Assembly: GCA_041744375.1 (NCBI GenBank)
Contig: JBGTLA010000095.1
Span: forward strand, 131,018-195,017
Length of the DNA: 64,000 nt
Reading direction: 5' to 3'
Origin: Acidimicrobiia bacterium
GTDB lineage: Bacteria; Actinomycetota; Acidimicrobiia; Spongiisociales; ZC4RG35
Position 1 is the stretch's first letter. Each line of letters begins with the position of its first letter. A program made the position numbers and the translations under genes. Below the pieces are notes generated by a model. That model was given only the letters and a program-made list of their open reading frames with translations, did not search any database and had not been told where the DNA came from. Of the stretch, positions 19,209-27,309 are shown one piece after another.

Positions 19209-19576
19209 CACGACCACCGGGCCCTGGCCGCCTTGCGCGCCCTTTCGGAGGCCGAGAGGTTGTCCCACTCCGAGACCTCGGCCTGCGCCTCGGGAAGCCT
19301 TATCCGGCTTAAGAGTTGGGCGAGGAGAGACCGCTGCAGACGCAGCTCGACGACAGCCGGGTGAGTGATCGGAGTTCCGGCCGCGTTCGTCGTGGTCAGC
19401 GGCGCAACGGCCACTTCGGCCTCGAGGCGGGCCACGAGATCGGCGGTCCGAGCGGCCTCTTCGAGCACTTTTAACTCGTCTTCGCGCCACAAATAGCCCC
19501 GTTGCAGGCGCCTCCACAACGCCTTTCCGGCCCGCCCCAACCCCAGAGGAGCCCTAAGTGGCTTGGTATCGGCCAC
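19208..19576 (-). CDS. terminase small-subunit-like protein (P27-family-like), tentative
   Basis: 122 aa; the pattern ...KALWRRLQRGYLWREDELKVLEEAARTADLVARLEAEV...THPAVVELRLQRSLLAQLL resembles P27-family TerS. Position matches the terS slot of PICI packaging modules. Confidence 0.45.
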   Translation of the reverse strand: MADTKPLRAPLGLGRAGKALWRRLQRGYLWREDELKVLEEAARTADLVARLEAEVAVAPLTTTNAAGTPITHPAVVELRLQRSLLAQLLSRIRLPEAQAEVSEWDNLSASERARKAARARWS

Positions 19577-19692
19577 TCAGGGCTCCCGAATCCGTGGCTG
19601 GATGCCACCAGGCAGAGCCAGGAATGGTATCCCACTGACCCGGGCCGACCCGGGGGGTGGGGGTCTCCCCCAGGTCGGTGGGGGTGGCATGG

Positions 19693-20523
19693 TCACTGCC
19701 GGGCCGCCTCCATCTCGCGGGTCCGTATCTCGAGGTCGAGGCGGTCACGCCGGTTGTCCTCGTGACCCTTGTGCTTTTGCTCCTGCGTTTGCCGTGACCG
19801 TGTGCGACTGGCGGCGGCGGTTGCGGTGGCCTCGGCCTCGCTGGGGGTGGCGAGGTGGAGCCGGAAGCCGGCCTCGATGAGGGCCAGCCATTTGCGGCCC
19901 AGGTGGGCGGCCCGGTCTAGGTCGTCTTGGGTGAGGTCCTTGCCCGTGATCCACCAGGTTGGCGATTCCTCCCGCGGACCGAACCGATACGTTTCGGCGA
20001 GCGAGGAACGTACTCGGGCGATGGCGGTGAGCTCGGCGGTGGCGGTGGCCCGACGGGTGTGGGTGTCGGTGAGGGTGGGGTCGGCGAGGGTGTGGCGGGC
20101 TCGGGTGGGGAGGGCGACCCCGGTGGTGGCTGCCAGGTCGTCGGCGGCGGTGGCGAAGCGGGGCTGTAGTTCAGAGATGATGGCGTCGCCGTGGTCTCGG
20201 ACCGCTCGGGCGGTGGCCTTGGACAAGGCGGCGACAACCTGGCGGTGGATTGCCTCAGCGGCTTCCTTTGCCGTCTGGGCGCGAGCCGTATCGAGGAATC
20301 GGTCAGCGGCGTCGTCGGGCTCGAGGGTCCCGTCGATGATGGCGGCGGCGAGGTCCTCAGCGGGCGAGACGGCGCTGGCCGCGGAGATGGCGGCTGAGAT
20401 CTTGGCGAGCCGGTCAAGGCCGGGCACCTCGATGTCGAGGTCGTCGAAAGTGGCGAGGGCACGGGCGGGGTCGATCGGGTGGAACATGAGTGGCCTTTCA
20501 GAATCGGTTGCGGGGGATGCCAA
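19693..20523 (-). CDS. hypothetical protein (element accessory gene)
   Basis: 276 aa with ordinary amino-acid composition and a coiled-coil C-terminus; follows the 108-aa gene in the same operon. Confidence 0.5.
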   Translation of the reverse strand: MASPATDSERPLMFHPIDPARALATFDDLDIEVPGLDRLAKISAAISAASAVSPAEDLAAAIIDGTLEPDDAADRFLDTARAQTAKEAAEAIHRQVVAALSKATARAVRDHGDAIISELQPRFATAADDLAATTGVALPTRARHTLADPTLTDTHTRRATATAELTAIARVRSSLAETYRFGPREESPTWWITGKDLTQDDLDRAAHLGRKWLALIEAGFRLHLATPSEAEATATAAASRTRSRQTQEQKHKGHEDNRRDRLDLEIRTREMEAARQ

Positions 20524-20824
20524 GTTTTTCGTGGATGGCTCGTTCGAGTGGGTCGCCGTTGAGCGCTAGCGCCGGCGGTTCGGATCCTGATCGGAGCGGG
20601 GGTGATGGTGCCTGTGTTTCCTCGTCGTACCTTTCGGGGCCTGGCCTCGGTGGGACCTTGGCGGCGAGGAGGGCAGCGAGCCCGTCGCTCGCTGGGGCGA
20701 AGGTGGCGGCGAGTTCGTCGGCCTCCTCAACGGTTTCCGCTAGGTGCCTGAGGCTGGCGGCTTCGGGGAGACCGAGGCCGTGCCGGTGGGCGATCTCAGC
20801 GGCCTCTATTGCAGTGATTCCCAT
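20498..20824 (-). CDS. hypothetical small protein
   Basis: Only the C-terminal 108 aa (from MGITAIEAAEI...) of track ORF 20498..21388 look genuine; the upstream part is Pro/Arg/Ser low-complexity. Confidence 0.4.
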   Translation of the reverse strand: MGITAIEAAEIAHRHGLGLPEAASLRHLAETVEEADELAATFAPASDGLAALLAAKVPPRPGPERYDEETQAPSPPLRSGSEPPALALNGDPLERAIHEKLGIPRNRF

Positions 20825-21201
20825 ACGGTCCTCTTCTCGACGAAGGTGTCCAAGTCTGTGCGTCGGATCATCACCCTTCGCCCCACCCGTACCTCGGGGA
20901 GGCTCCCGTTTCGGCGGAGGCGGTCGAGGTGGGAGGTCGAAACCCCCAGCACCTCGGCCGCTATCCGTCGGCTTAGGAGCATGGCGATGCCACTTGCACC
21001 ATCTTGGGGGACTTCGTTGGTCTCGGCTCTGGTCTGAGGAGCCGTGACGACTGAGGCCGACTCCTGATGACGAAGAGCCCGGATCAGTTGTGCCAGTTCG
21101 GTGGTGGGTGGGTGGCCTCGGGCGAGTCGGTCTGAGGCACCGTGGAGCAGCGTCTCCACCATCTCGGCTCGGAGGCGGTCGCTCACGTCGAGGAGGATCA
21201 C
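20806..21201 (-). CDS. helix-turn-helix DNA-binding protein (excisionase/MerR-like HTH)
   Basis: C-terminal HTH MLLSRRIAAEVLGVSTSHLDRLRRNGSLPEVRVGRRVMIRRTDLDTFVE. The GTG start is GTGA-coupled to the upstream 71-aa gene; a shorter product from the ATG at 20982 is possible. Confidence 0.5.
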   Translation of the reverse strand: MILLDVSDRLRAEMVETLLHGASDRLARGHPPTTELAQLIRALRHQESASVVTAPQTRAETNEVPQDGASGIAMLLSRRIAAEVLGVSTSHLDRLRRNGSLPEVRVGRRVMIRRTDLDTFVEKRTVWESLQ

Positions 21202-21413
21202 AACGGCCGCCAGATGGACTCTTCGCCTTGGGCGGCGACCAGGGCATCCCAGAACGCTTGGCGATGCTCCTCACGTGAGGGGATGGTGGCGTGGCGTCTG
21301 CGCCGGCCGTTGCCGTTGGGACCACCATTTGCGCAGAAGTGGTAGAGCTCGATGACATGCGGCGGGACGTTGTGCCACTCTCGGCCACATGCTGGGCAAT
21401 GGCGGGAGGTCAT
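21198..21413 (-). CDS. small zinc-ribbon protein, first gene after the iteron region
   Basis: MTSRHCPACGREWHNVPPHVIELYHFCANGG... (71 aa). Its stop is translationally coupled to the next gene. Confidence 0.4.
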   Translation of the reverse strand: MTSRHCPACGREWHNVPPHVIELYHFCANGGPNGNGRRRRHATIPSREEHRQAFWDALVAAQGEESIWRPL

Positions 21414-21713
21414 ATCAGGGGACACGGTTGGGACACAGTTCTCTTTTTTCAGCTTCGATGGCGGCACCGATGCGGGGCACCGTGTCCCGTGTCCCTCCTT
21501 AGAGAGGGGGAGGGACACGGTTGAACACGGCTATGTCCCATGACCGTGTCCCTGCTTGGGACACGGTTGGGACACGGGGGACACGGTTGCTGTTTCGTGC
21601 TTGGTTGCTGCGTTTCCGGTTGGTTGGTTGGGACACGGTTGGGACACGGTTTCGGCGGGTGGCTGGTAATTCGGTTTTTTCCGACACGGTGTCGTGTCCC
21701 TGGTCGGGACACG
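21414..21713. repeat. iteron array, putative replication origin of the element
   Basis: At least 12 copies of GGGACACGG(TTG) in both orientations (e.g. 21419, 21476, 21509, 21535, 21558-21589, 21630-21652, 21682-21710), interspersed with AT-richer tracts. Located immediately 3' of the helicase gene. Confidence 0.6.
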
Positions 21714-22790
21714 CTATTTCCCATCATCTTCCAGCCCTTCGCTCTTCTCGATGAAGGTCTCGTAACCCTTGTCGGTGAGGTAGTGGGCGTGGGCTGAGCC
21801 TTGCTTCTCCATGCGGACATACCCGTCTGTGATCATGGCGGCGATGGCCGAGTCGATGAGTTCGCCCTTGCCGCCGGCGTCTCGGATGGATCGTTTCGAT
21901 GATCCGGGCGCGCCGTCGAGGTATTGGGCGATGCGTTGGCGGACTCCGTAGTCGTTGGCGACGGCGTCGGTGGTCACTTGGTAGGTGACGCCGCCGTCGG
22001 GCCACGCGGTGAGTTTGACGGTGGCGGCCAGGTCGCCGGGTGAGTGACCGCGGACGTAGCCGGGCCGATCTTTGGCGACTCGCACCGAGACGATTCCCTC
22101 GACGGGGTCTCCGAGGTAGGCGCGGTGCACCTTGCGTATCGCGGTGACGTCGTAGGAGGCGCCGTCGGTGCCGGCCTTCTTGTGCTGCGATCCGATCGCC
22201 CACCCTTTGCGCCCTTCGGTGGATTTGGTCTGGTGGTCGATCACCGCGACGGCTGGGCCGGTAGCGGCGATCAGTTTGGGGATCCTGCGAATCCACTCGG
22301 CGGTGTCGGGTGTCGAGTTGGGGTCGAGATCTTCGATATTCATCGACTCGGACACTCCGTCGACCACGACCAGGGCCGGCTTGGTGGCGTCGAGAGCCTC
22401 GAACAGCTCGGCGCGCTGGTCGTCGCCTAGCGTTTCGTCGGGGCGCATGTAGACGAAGCGATTGGGGTCGGTGATGACCTCCTCGGGGACACCCAACGCC
22501 TGCAGGCGGGATTTGATGGAAGCCGGATGGTCCTCGAAATCGACATACGCGCAGTTGCCGCCGTCCAAAAGAATCTGCGCCACGGCGATGAGGAGGACCC
22601 ACGTCTTGTGCGATTCGGACTCACCCTGGAACCAGTGGACCCGCCCGGGGTAGATGAGCCCGACGTCGTCCACCCGCATGAAGATGGTGGCTTCCTCGAC
22701 GGTCATCCCGACGAGGGACATGTCGATTGGTGTCCAGGTGGTCTCCGGTGGGGCGGTGCGAGCCTCGTCGTCGAGGGGTGGCACCGTCAT
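21714..22790 (-). CDS. RepA/DnaB-like AAA_25 ATPase (replicative helicase-like)
   Basis: RecA-fold ATPase with Walker-A-like GESESHKTW (the Gly before Lys is replaced by His) and a Walker B (LVVVDGVSE); ATGA-coupled to Prim-Pol. Confidence 0.6.
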   Translation of the reverse strand: MTVPPLDDEARTAPPETTWTPIDMSLVGMTVEEATIFMRVDDVGLIYPGRVHWFQGESESHKTWVLLIAVAQILLDGGNCAYVDFEDHPASIKSRLQALGVPEEVITDPNRFVYMRPDETLGDDQRAELFEALDATKPALVVVDGVSESMNIEDLDPNSTPDTAEWIRRIPKLIAATGPAVAVIDHQTKSTEGRKGWAIGSQHKKAGTDGASYDVTAIRKVHRAYLGDPVEGIVSVRVAKDRPGYVRGHSPGDLAATVKLTAWPDGGVTYQVTTDAVANDYGVRQRIAQYLDGAPGSSKRSIRDAGGKGELIDSAIAAMITDGYVRMEKQGSAHAHYLTDKGYETFIEKSEGLEDDGK

Positions 22791-23647
22791 GCCCGCCTCC
22801 TTAGGTCTCGGCTGTCTCTGAGCGCCTTGGCGGCTGCAGAGAGATCGCCGTCATGTTCGAGGACAGCCCAAGCCCGAAACCGCGTGTAGCCGACCGGGCG
22901 GTCCGGTTCGGTGACCTCAAAAGCAGTGTTCGTGGAGTAGACGAAGAGACAGTCGTGGCGGACGGTGGCCGAGATCGGTGCGGTGGCGGTGGGGTGCCGC
23001 CACTTCTCGCCGGCATGGTCGACCGCGACCCATCCGAAAGGCTCGAGAACCTCGCGCCAAGTGGTCGAAGCTGTGAAAGCGTCCGCTGGCGAATCTCCGT
23101 CTATGGCCCACTGTCTCGGCTTCGGCCGCTTTGGCGGCGGCGGTGGAGCGAGCAAGAGCTGGAGCCGGAGCGGAGCCTCGCCTATGGGGATGCGCGGGTC
23201 GACCCAGGTGTACGGTCGGGCGCTATCGGGATGAATCGAGGGCGGCAGCACGACGTAGCCGGAATGCGTCTTCACGTCGACGCCGCGTGGGAGACGCCTT
23301 GTGTAGATGTTGCCGCCAGGATGCCGCCAGTAGTAATGGCGGCCACCATCACCACGACCCGACAGGGCGGTGAGCGTGTCCGGGAGCTCCCCTACTGCAT
23401 CAATGAGATCTCTGCCGACCGCGGGGTTGGTTCGTGGATCTGTGTCAAGAACGAAACACCCCGCGGGGACCCGGCCGCCGATGTTGGCGTTTGGGTATCG
23501 CTTCCACCATGTGGCGATGACATCGAGATCGGTGGTGGCGTCGAGGACACCGTTACCGCCGTTCCGCTTCGGGATAGCGGGCACTTTCCCGCGGAGCGGG
23601 AAAATCTCCCATCCTTTTCGGGCGTAGTCGAGAGCGTGGTCGATCAT
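22787..23647 (-). CDS. bifunctional DNA primase/polymerase (Prim-Pol) domain protein
   Basis: The N-terminus ALDYARKGWEIFPLRGKVPAIPKRNGG...LDATTDLDVIATWW...NANIGGRVPAGCFVLDTD matches the Prim-Pol N-terminal domain; start at MIDHAL (ATG ~23647). Confidence 0.7.
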   Translation of the reverse strand: MIDHALDYARKGWEIFPLRGKVPAIPKRNGGNGVLDATTDLDVIATWWKRYPNANIGGRVPAGCFVLDTDPRTNPAVGRDLIDAVGELPDTLTALSGRGDGGRHYYWRHPGGNIYTRRLPRGVDVKTHSGYVVLPPSIHPDSARPYTWVDPRIPIGEAPLRLQLLLAPPPPPKRPKPRQWAIDGDSPADAFTASTTWREVLEPFGWVAVDHAGEKWRHPTATAPISATVRHDCLFVYSTNTAFEVTEPDRPVGYTRFRAWAVLEHDGDLSAAAKALRDSRDLRRRA

Positions 23648-24006
23648 TTCAACCTCTGCCAAACCTGATTGAGCGCCTGGCTTGCTCGGCCGTTTCCGCC
23701 GGCGTCGGGATGCCACACTCTCTGAAGCGCCTTCCACGTCGCAGCGCGTATCTCGGCCGGGATTCGCGAGAACACGATCTCCAGCGCATCCTCAAGCGGA
23801 CCGTCGACGACCCCGTTGAGTCGGTCGACCAGACGTTGAACGTCCTCCGCGAATCGGAAAGGCACCCGCCAGCATTTCAGGCCAGGGTCCCACCTCGCCG
23901 CGGGCATGGCCTTGGCGTGGTCCTTGTCCTCAAACGCCACCCACAGACCAATATCACCGTCGCCGAGGTTCCTGAACGTGGCAGGACGCCGATTAGAGTG
24001 CGTCAT
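23644..24006 (-). CDS. DUF5710-like N-terminal domain fused to a C-terminal J-domain (HPD motif)
   Basis: N-terminus: LWVAFEDKDHAKAMPAARWDPGLKCWRVP. C-terminus: ATWKALQRVWHPDAGGNGRASQALNQVWQRL, i.e. J-domain helix II plus the HPD motif. Confidence 0.5.
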   Translation of the reverse strand: MTHSNRRPATFRNLGDGDIGLWVAFEDKDHAKAMPAARWDPGLKCWRVPFRFAEDVQRLVDRLNGVVDGPLEDALEIVFSRIPAEIRAATWKALQRVWHPDAGGNGRASQALNQVWQRLK

Positions 24007-24157
24007 GTCGTCGTCCTGTGAGCAGCTTGAGGGCGACTGGTGGCACCGTGCCCGCCCGCGGTGCGAACGGTGGAGGGGCCCGCTTCGGCGGGCTCCTCGT
24101 CTTGTAGACCAAGCACGGCCAGGAGCGGGGCGCGTGGGGTGATCGTGGTGGTGGTCA

Positions 24158-25078
24158 TCACGCCACCTCCCCGGAGATCAACTTCCGGATATCACCGAGG
24201 ATGGTCTTCTCGGACTCCTCTGCGGCGAGAGTGGAGTTCCACATCTCGGGGTCGTCGACAAGATCGAGAAGTGCCTGTTTCAACCGTTCCCGCAGGATCG
24301 GTGCAGGCAACGCCTCAACTTCAACGGCTTGTGGGACCAGTCCCTCTAATCGGCAATGGGCCAGGAATTTGGCGTAGTTGACGTCGTTCTTGTTGAGATC
24401 GTGGCTGACGAGATCGCCTTGGCGCACGTCATCGGGGGTGATCGCCACCCGGACGAACTCGATGTCGACCAGGTCCTTCGAGTAGCGGCGTAGACGTTCC
24501 TCCAGGGACCGAGCAATCGCCAACCCCGATGGGTCCCAATCACCTACGTAGAGGATGGTGACGGGCTTCCCGATGGTCTTGTACGCCACCGCCGCGTTGT
24601 AGGCGAAGGTCTTGGGAGCTTGGCCTTTGCATGGGAAGAGACCGATCCCGTAAGGGCGTGTGATCGGGTCGAGGACGCCAGCGATGGAATCGGACTCGCA
24701 CCACACTTCTACTCGCCGGGGTTGAGACGCCCACAGGTTTCGCCGGTACGACTCCTGCCAGCGAGCGAACGCGTCCTCGATGTCCTCGTACATGGTGTCG
24801 ATGCGGACGGACCGAGACGAGTCGGTGATCCAACCCCAGGGCAGAACTTCGTCTTCGCGGAGCTTCCCTAGCTCCCGGCAGACCATCTTGTAGTTGCGTC
24901 GCTTCGTCGCGCCAGTGTCCTTGGCCCACAGCACGGCGATACCGGAGTAATAGACGTGGCGGACGTTGCACGGCTGATTGCGTTCCACCAGCTCGTAGAT
25001 GGCATCCCGGAAGTGGGCCATCTCGGCCTTGGTCCGTCGAGCAGACGGCGGATTCTGAGACGTAGAACTAGCGGGCAT
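24158..25078 (-). CDS. Spo11/TopoVI-A-like protein (putative CAP-domain tyrosine + Toprim E...DxD)
   Basis: Putative catalytic Tyr motif NVRHVYYSG. Toprim acidic residues VWCESDS and ILYVGDWDPSG are spaced ~87 and ~65 aa apart, matching TopVIA/JetD-type spacing. 306 aa. Confidence 0.45.
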   Translation of the reverse strand: MPASSTSQNPPSARRTKAEMAHFRDAIYELVERNQPCNVRHVYYSGIAVLWAKDTGATKRRNYKMVCRELGKLREDEVLPWGWITDSSRSVRIDTMYEDIEDAFARWQESYRRNLWASQPRRVEVWCESDSIAGVLDPITRPYGIGLFPCKGQAPKTFAYNAAVAYKTIGKPVTILYVGDWDPSGLAIARSLEERLRRYSKDLVDIEFVRVAITPDDVRQGDLVSHDLNKNDVNYAKFLAHCRLEGLVPQAVEVEALPAPILRERLKQALLDLVDDPEMWNSTLAAEESEKTILGDIRKLISGEVA

Positions 25079-25268
25079 CTACGGACTCCTCCTCCGATTC
25101 GATCCCCAGCACGTCGAAAAGACGAGCACGCGAGAGGAGCAGGCGACGGCCGACCTTGATCACCGGGACGCCGGCCAGGTCGCCGGACTGGGCCTCGGCG
25201 TAGGCGGTGTTGCGGCTGACACCGAGCAGGAGGGCGGCTTCGGGGATTGTGATGGTGGCGGACGTCAT
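25068..25268 (-). CDS. excisionase-like HTH protein (Xis/AlpA-like)
   Basis: 66 aa: ITIPEAALLLGVSRNTAYAEAQSGDLAGVPVIKVGRRLLLSRARL. Confidence 0.6.
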   Translation of the reverse strand: MTSATITIPEAALLLGVSRNTAYAEAQSGDLAGVPVIKVGRRLLLSRARLFDVLGIESEEESVDAR

Positions 25269-25271
25269 TGC

Positions 25272-25505
25272 TCACTGACCCCCTTCGGTCACGAGGCGCC
25301 GTAGGTCCGCTAGGGCTTGGGCGTAGGCGCTGCGAACCCGGCCGGAGGGGTTGCGGTCTCCCGTTTCCCACTTGGCGACGGCTTGGCGGGTGACGCCTAC
25401 GACGTCGGCTACGTCTTGGAGAGTGAGTCCGGCTGCCACGCGCAGAGCTCGCCGCGCTGCGGGGGGCGGAAGGCGCTTCGCATTGGCGATAGTCTCGACA
25501 TCCAT
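25272..25505 (-). CDS. XRE-family HTH transcriptional regulator
   Basis: LTLQDVADVVGVTRQAVAKWETG, the canonical XRE HTH; divergent from the + strand regulator/int operon. Confidence 0.65.
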   Translation of the reverse strand: MDVETIANAKRLPPPAARRALRVAAGLTLQDVADVVGVTRQAVAKWETGDRNPSGRVRSAYAQALADLRRLVTEGGQ

Positions 25506-25570
25506 CTGGTGACATCTTGGCGACAATCTGCTACCTTGGCAACGTCACAAATAACGAATTGAGGAGACAG

Positions 25571-26128
25571 GTGGCGCAGCAAAATAACCCCGAGGGCGGA
25601 TGGTCCCTGAAGGTCAACTTCAAGATGGCGTTTCCGGACCCATTCATCATCCATCGGGGCATGGTCTATCCAAGGGTCCTGTCGGCGATGTGGCGGCGAG
25701 AAGATGGGCTCCAGCTCGACATCGACATCGAGGTGGAGGCTGAGGCTGGGGCGAGAGTTCGGCGCTTCACAGTCACAGGTGCCGACATGATTGACTCGGC
25801 GGACTTTCGGCAGCCGGTTCAGTCGATGGCGAAGCGAGCGGTCGCAGCGATGGCGGCGGAGCCCGATGGGCTTGGCAATGCGACGTTCCCACCGTCTCAG
25901 CCGGCGTCGGTGGTGGTTGGCCGGGTGACGAGCCGTACTAATGACGCTCGGCTAACGCGGGTTGCCGACCTTTATGGGCAGGCTCTCAGCGACGGGGAGC
26001 CAGTGACCTCGTTGATCGAAAAGGAGGAACACGTGAGCCAGTCAACGGCGTATGGACTGATATCGCGGGCGCGTAAGGCGGGATTCCTCCCGCCATCGAG
26101 ACCAGGAAGGAAGGCGACAAGCGAATGA
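25571..26128 (+). CDS. putative regulator co-transcribed with int (Stl-like position)
   Basis: GTG start with a GAGGAG RBS; C-terminal HTH-like segment HVSQSTAYGLISRARKAGFL; its stop overlaps the int start (ATGA). Confidence 0.45.
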   Translation: MAQQNNPEGGWSLKVNFKMAFPDPFIIHRGMVYPRVLSAMWRREDGLQLDIDIEVEAEAGARVRRFTVTGADMIDSADFRQPVQSMAKRAVAAMAAEPDGLGNATFPPSQPASVVVGRVTSRTNDARLTRVADLYGQALSDGEPVTSLIEKEEHVSQSTAYGLISRARKAGFLPPSRPGRKATSE

Positions 26129-27309
26129 GCGACAAGCGTCGACCCAGAGGAACCGGATCGGTTCGGGAGTGGAACGGTCGTGTGCAAGCCCGTTACACGT
26201 TCTTTGATGCACAGGGGCATCGACGCGAACGATCGAAGCTCTTCGACACCAGGACAGAGGCCCGTGGTTGGCTCACAGATCGCCTTGCGGAGGTCGCAGG
26301 CGGTTCTGTGGCCGATGCCAGGTCGATCACCCTAGGCGAGTACCTGGGTCACTGGCTGGGCAGCCTGGGAATGGCACAACTCGAAGCGGCGACATTGTCG
26401 TGGTACCGCTCCGCGGTGGAGCGTCACATCGTCCCTCAGATCGGCCACGTCCGCCTTGACAGGATCACGCCGGTGATGGTGGAGGCGTTCCTATCGGAGC
26501 GGGCCTCGAGCGGCCGGCTGCGGCGACCAGGCGACGACGAGACAACCCCGAAGGGGCTCGGGCCGTCCAGTGTCCGACGTCTCACCGTGACCTTGCATAA
26601 GGCACTTGACGCGGCCGTGCGCAAGGGAATGCTGGCCCGGAACCCGGTCGACTCCGCTGACAAACCCAAGATGCCCGCCTCAGACGTGACTCTCGACGTG
26701 TGGGCACCCGACGAGATAGCAGCGTTCCTTCAGGCGACAAGACAGCATCGCTTGGCGGCCGTCTGGCGTACAGCGGCCATGACCGGGCTGAGACGGTCGG
26801 AGGTGTGCGGACTCCAATGGGGCGACCTCGACCTAGAGACCGGACGCCTATCGGTCCGGCGTGCGATCGTCTCAGTGGATGGTCGGCCTCATGTGAAGCC
26901 ACCGAAGACAGCGAAGTCTCGACGTACGGTCGAGCTTGACGCCGGGACCGTGGCGATACTGCGGGAGTGGCGGAAGTCACAGCTCGAGGAACGGCTGCGA
27001 GCTGGGGAGGTGTGGGAAGCGGGGGAGTGGGTCGTGGCCGACGAGCTAGGCCGGTTCCTCCGTCCCGATCATGTGGGACGCCTGTTCTCCCGTCTGGTCG
27101 CCTCAGCGGGGCTCAGGCCGATCACGTTCCGCAAGTTGCGCCACAGTCATGCCACGGCGCTCCTGGTGGCCGGCGAGGCTCCCAAGGTCGTGCAGGAAAG
27201 GCTCGGGCACGCTTCGATCACGATGACGATGGACATCTACTCGGCAGTCCTGCCCAATATGCAACGAGACGCAGTCGAACGGTTGGCGTCGATGATGGAG
27301 GCCCAGTAG
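26125..27309 (+). CDS. int: tyrosine-type site-specific integrase
   Basis: N-terminal SAM-like domain and a C-terminal catalytic domain (LRHSHATALLVAGEAPKVVQERLGHASITMTMDIYSAVLP). Transcribed toward the tRNA-Pro 3' end. Confidence 0.9.
   Translation: MSDKRRPRGTGSVREWNGRVQARYTFFDAQGHRRERSKLFDTRTEARGWLTDRLAEVAGGSVADARSITLGEYLGHWLGSLGMAQLEAATLSWYRSAVERHIVPQIGHVRLDRITPVMVEAFLSERASSGRLRRPGDDETTPKGLGPSSVRRLTVTLHKALDAAVRKGMLARNPVDSADKPKMPASDVTLDVWAPDEIAAFLQATRQHRLAAVWRTAAMTGLRRSEVCGLQWGDLDLETGRLSVRRAIVSVDGRPHVKPPKTAKSRRTVELDAGTVAILREWRKSQLEERLRAGEVWEAGEWVVADELGRFLRPDHVGRLFSRLVASAGLRPITFRKLRHSHATALLVAGEAPKVVQERLGHASITMTMDIYSAVLPNMQRDAVERLASMMEAQ

Noticed and set aside
20498-21388. 296-aa ORF on the minus strand
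   Set aside because: The N-terminal ~190 aa are Arg/Pro/Ser low-complexity typical of out-of-frame GC-rich translation, and they overlap the HTH gene in another frame. Only the C-terminal 108 aa (20498..20824) were retained.
21414-21713. CRISPR array
   Set aside because: The repeats are 9-12 bp, irregularly spaced, occur in both orientations and often abut each other, and no cas genes are nearby. This is iteron-like rather than CRISPR.
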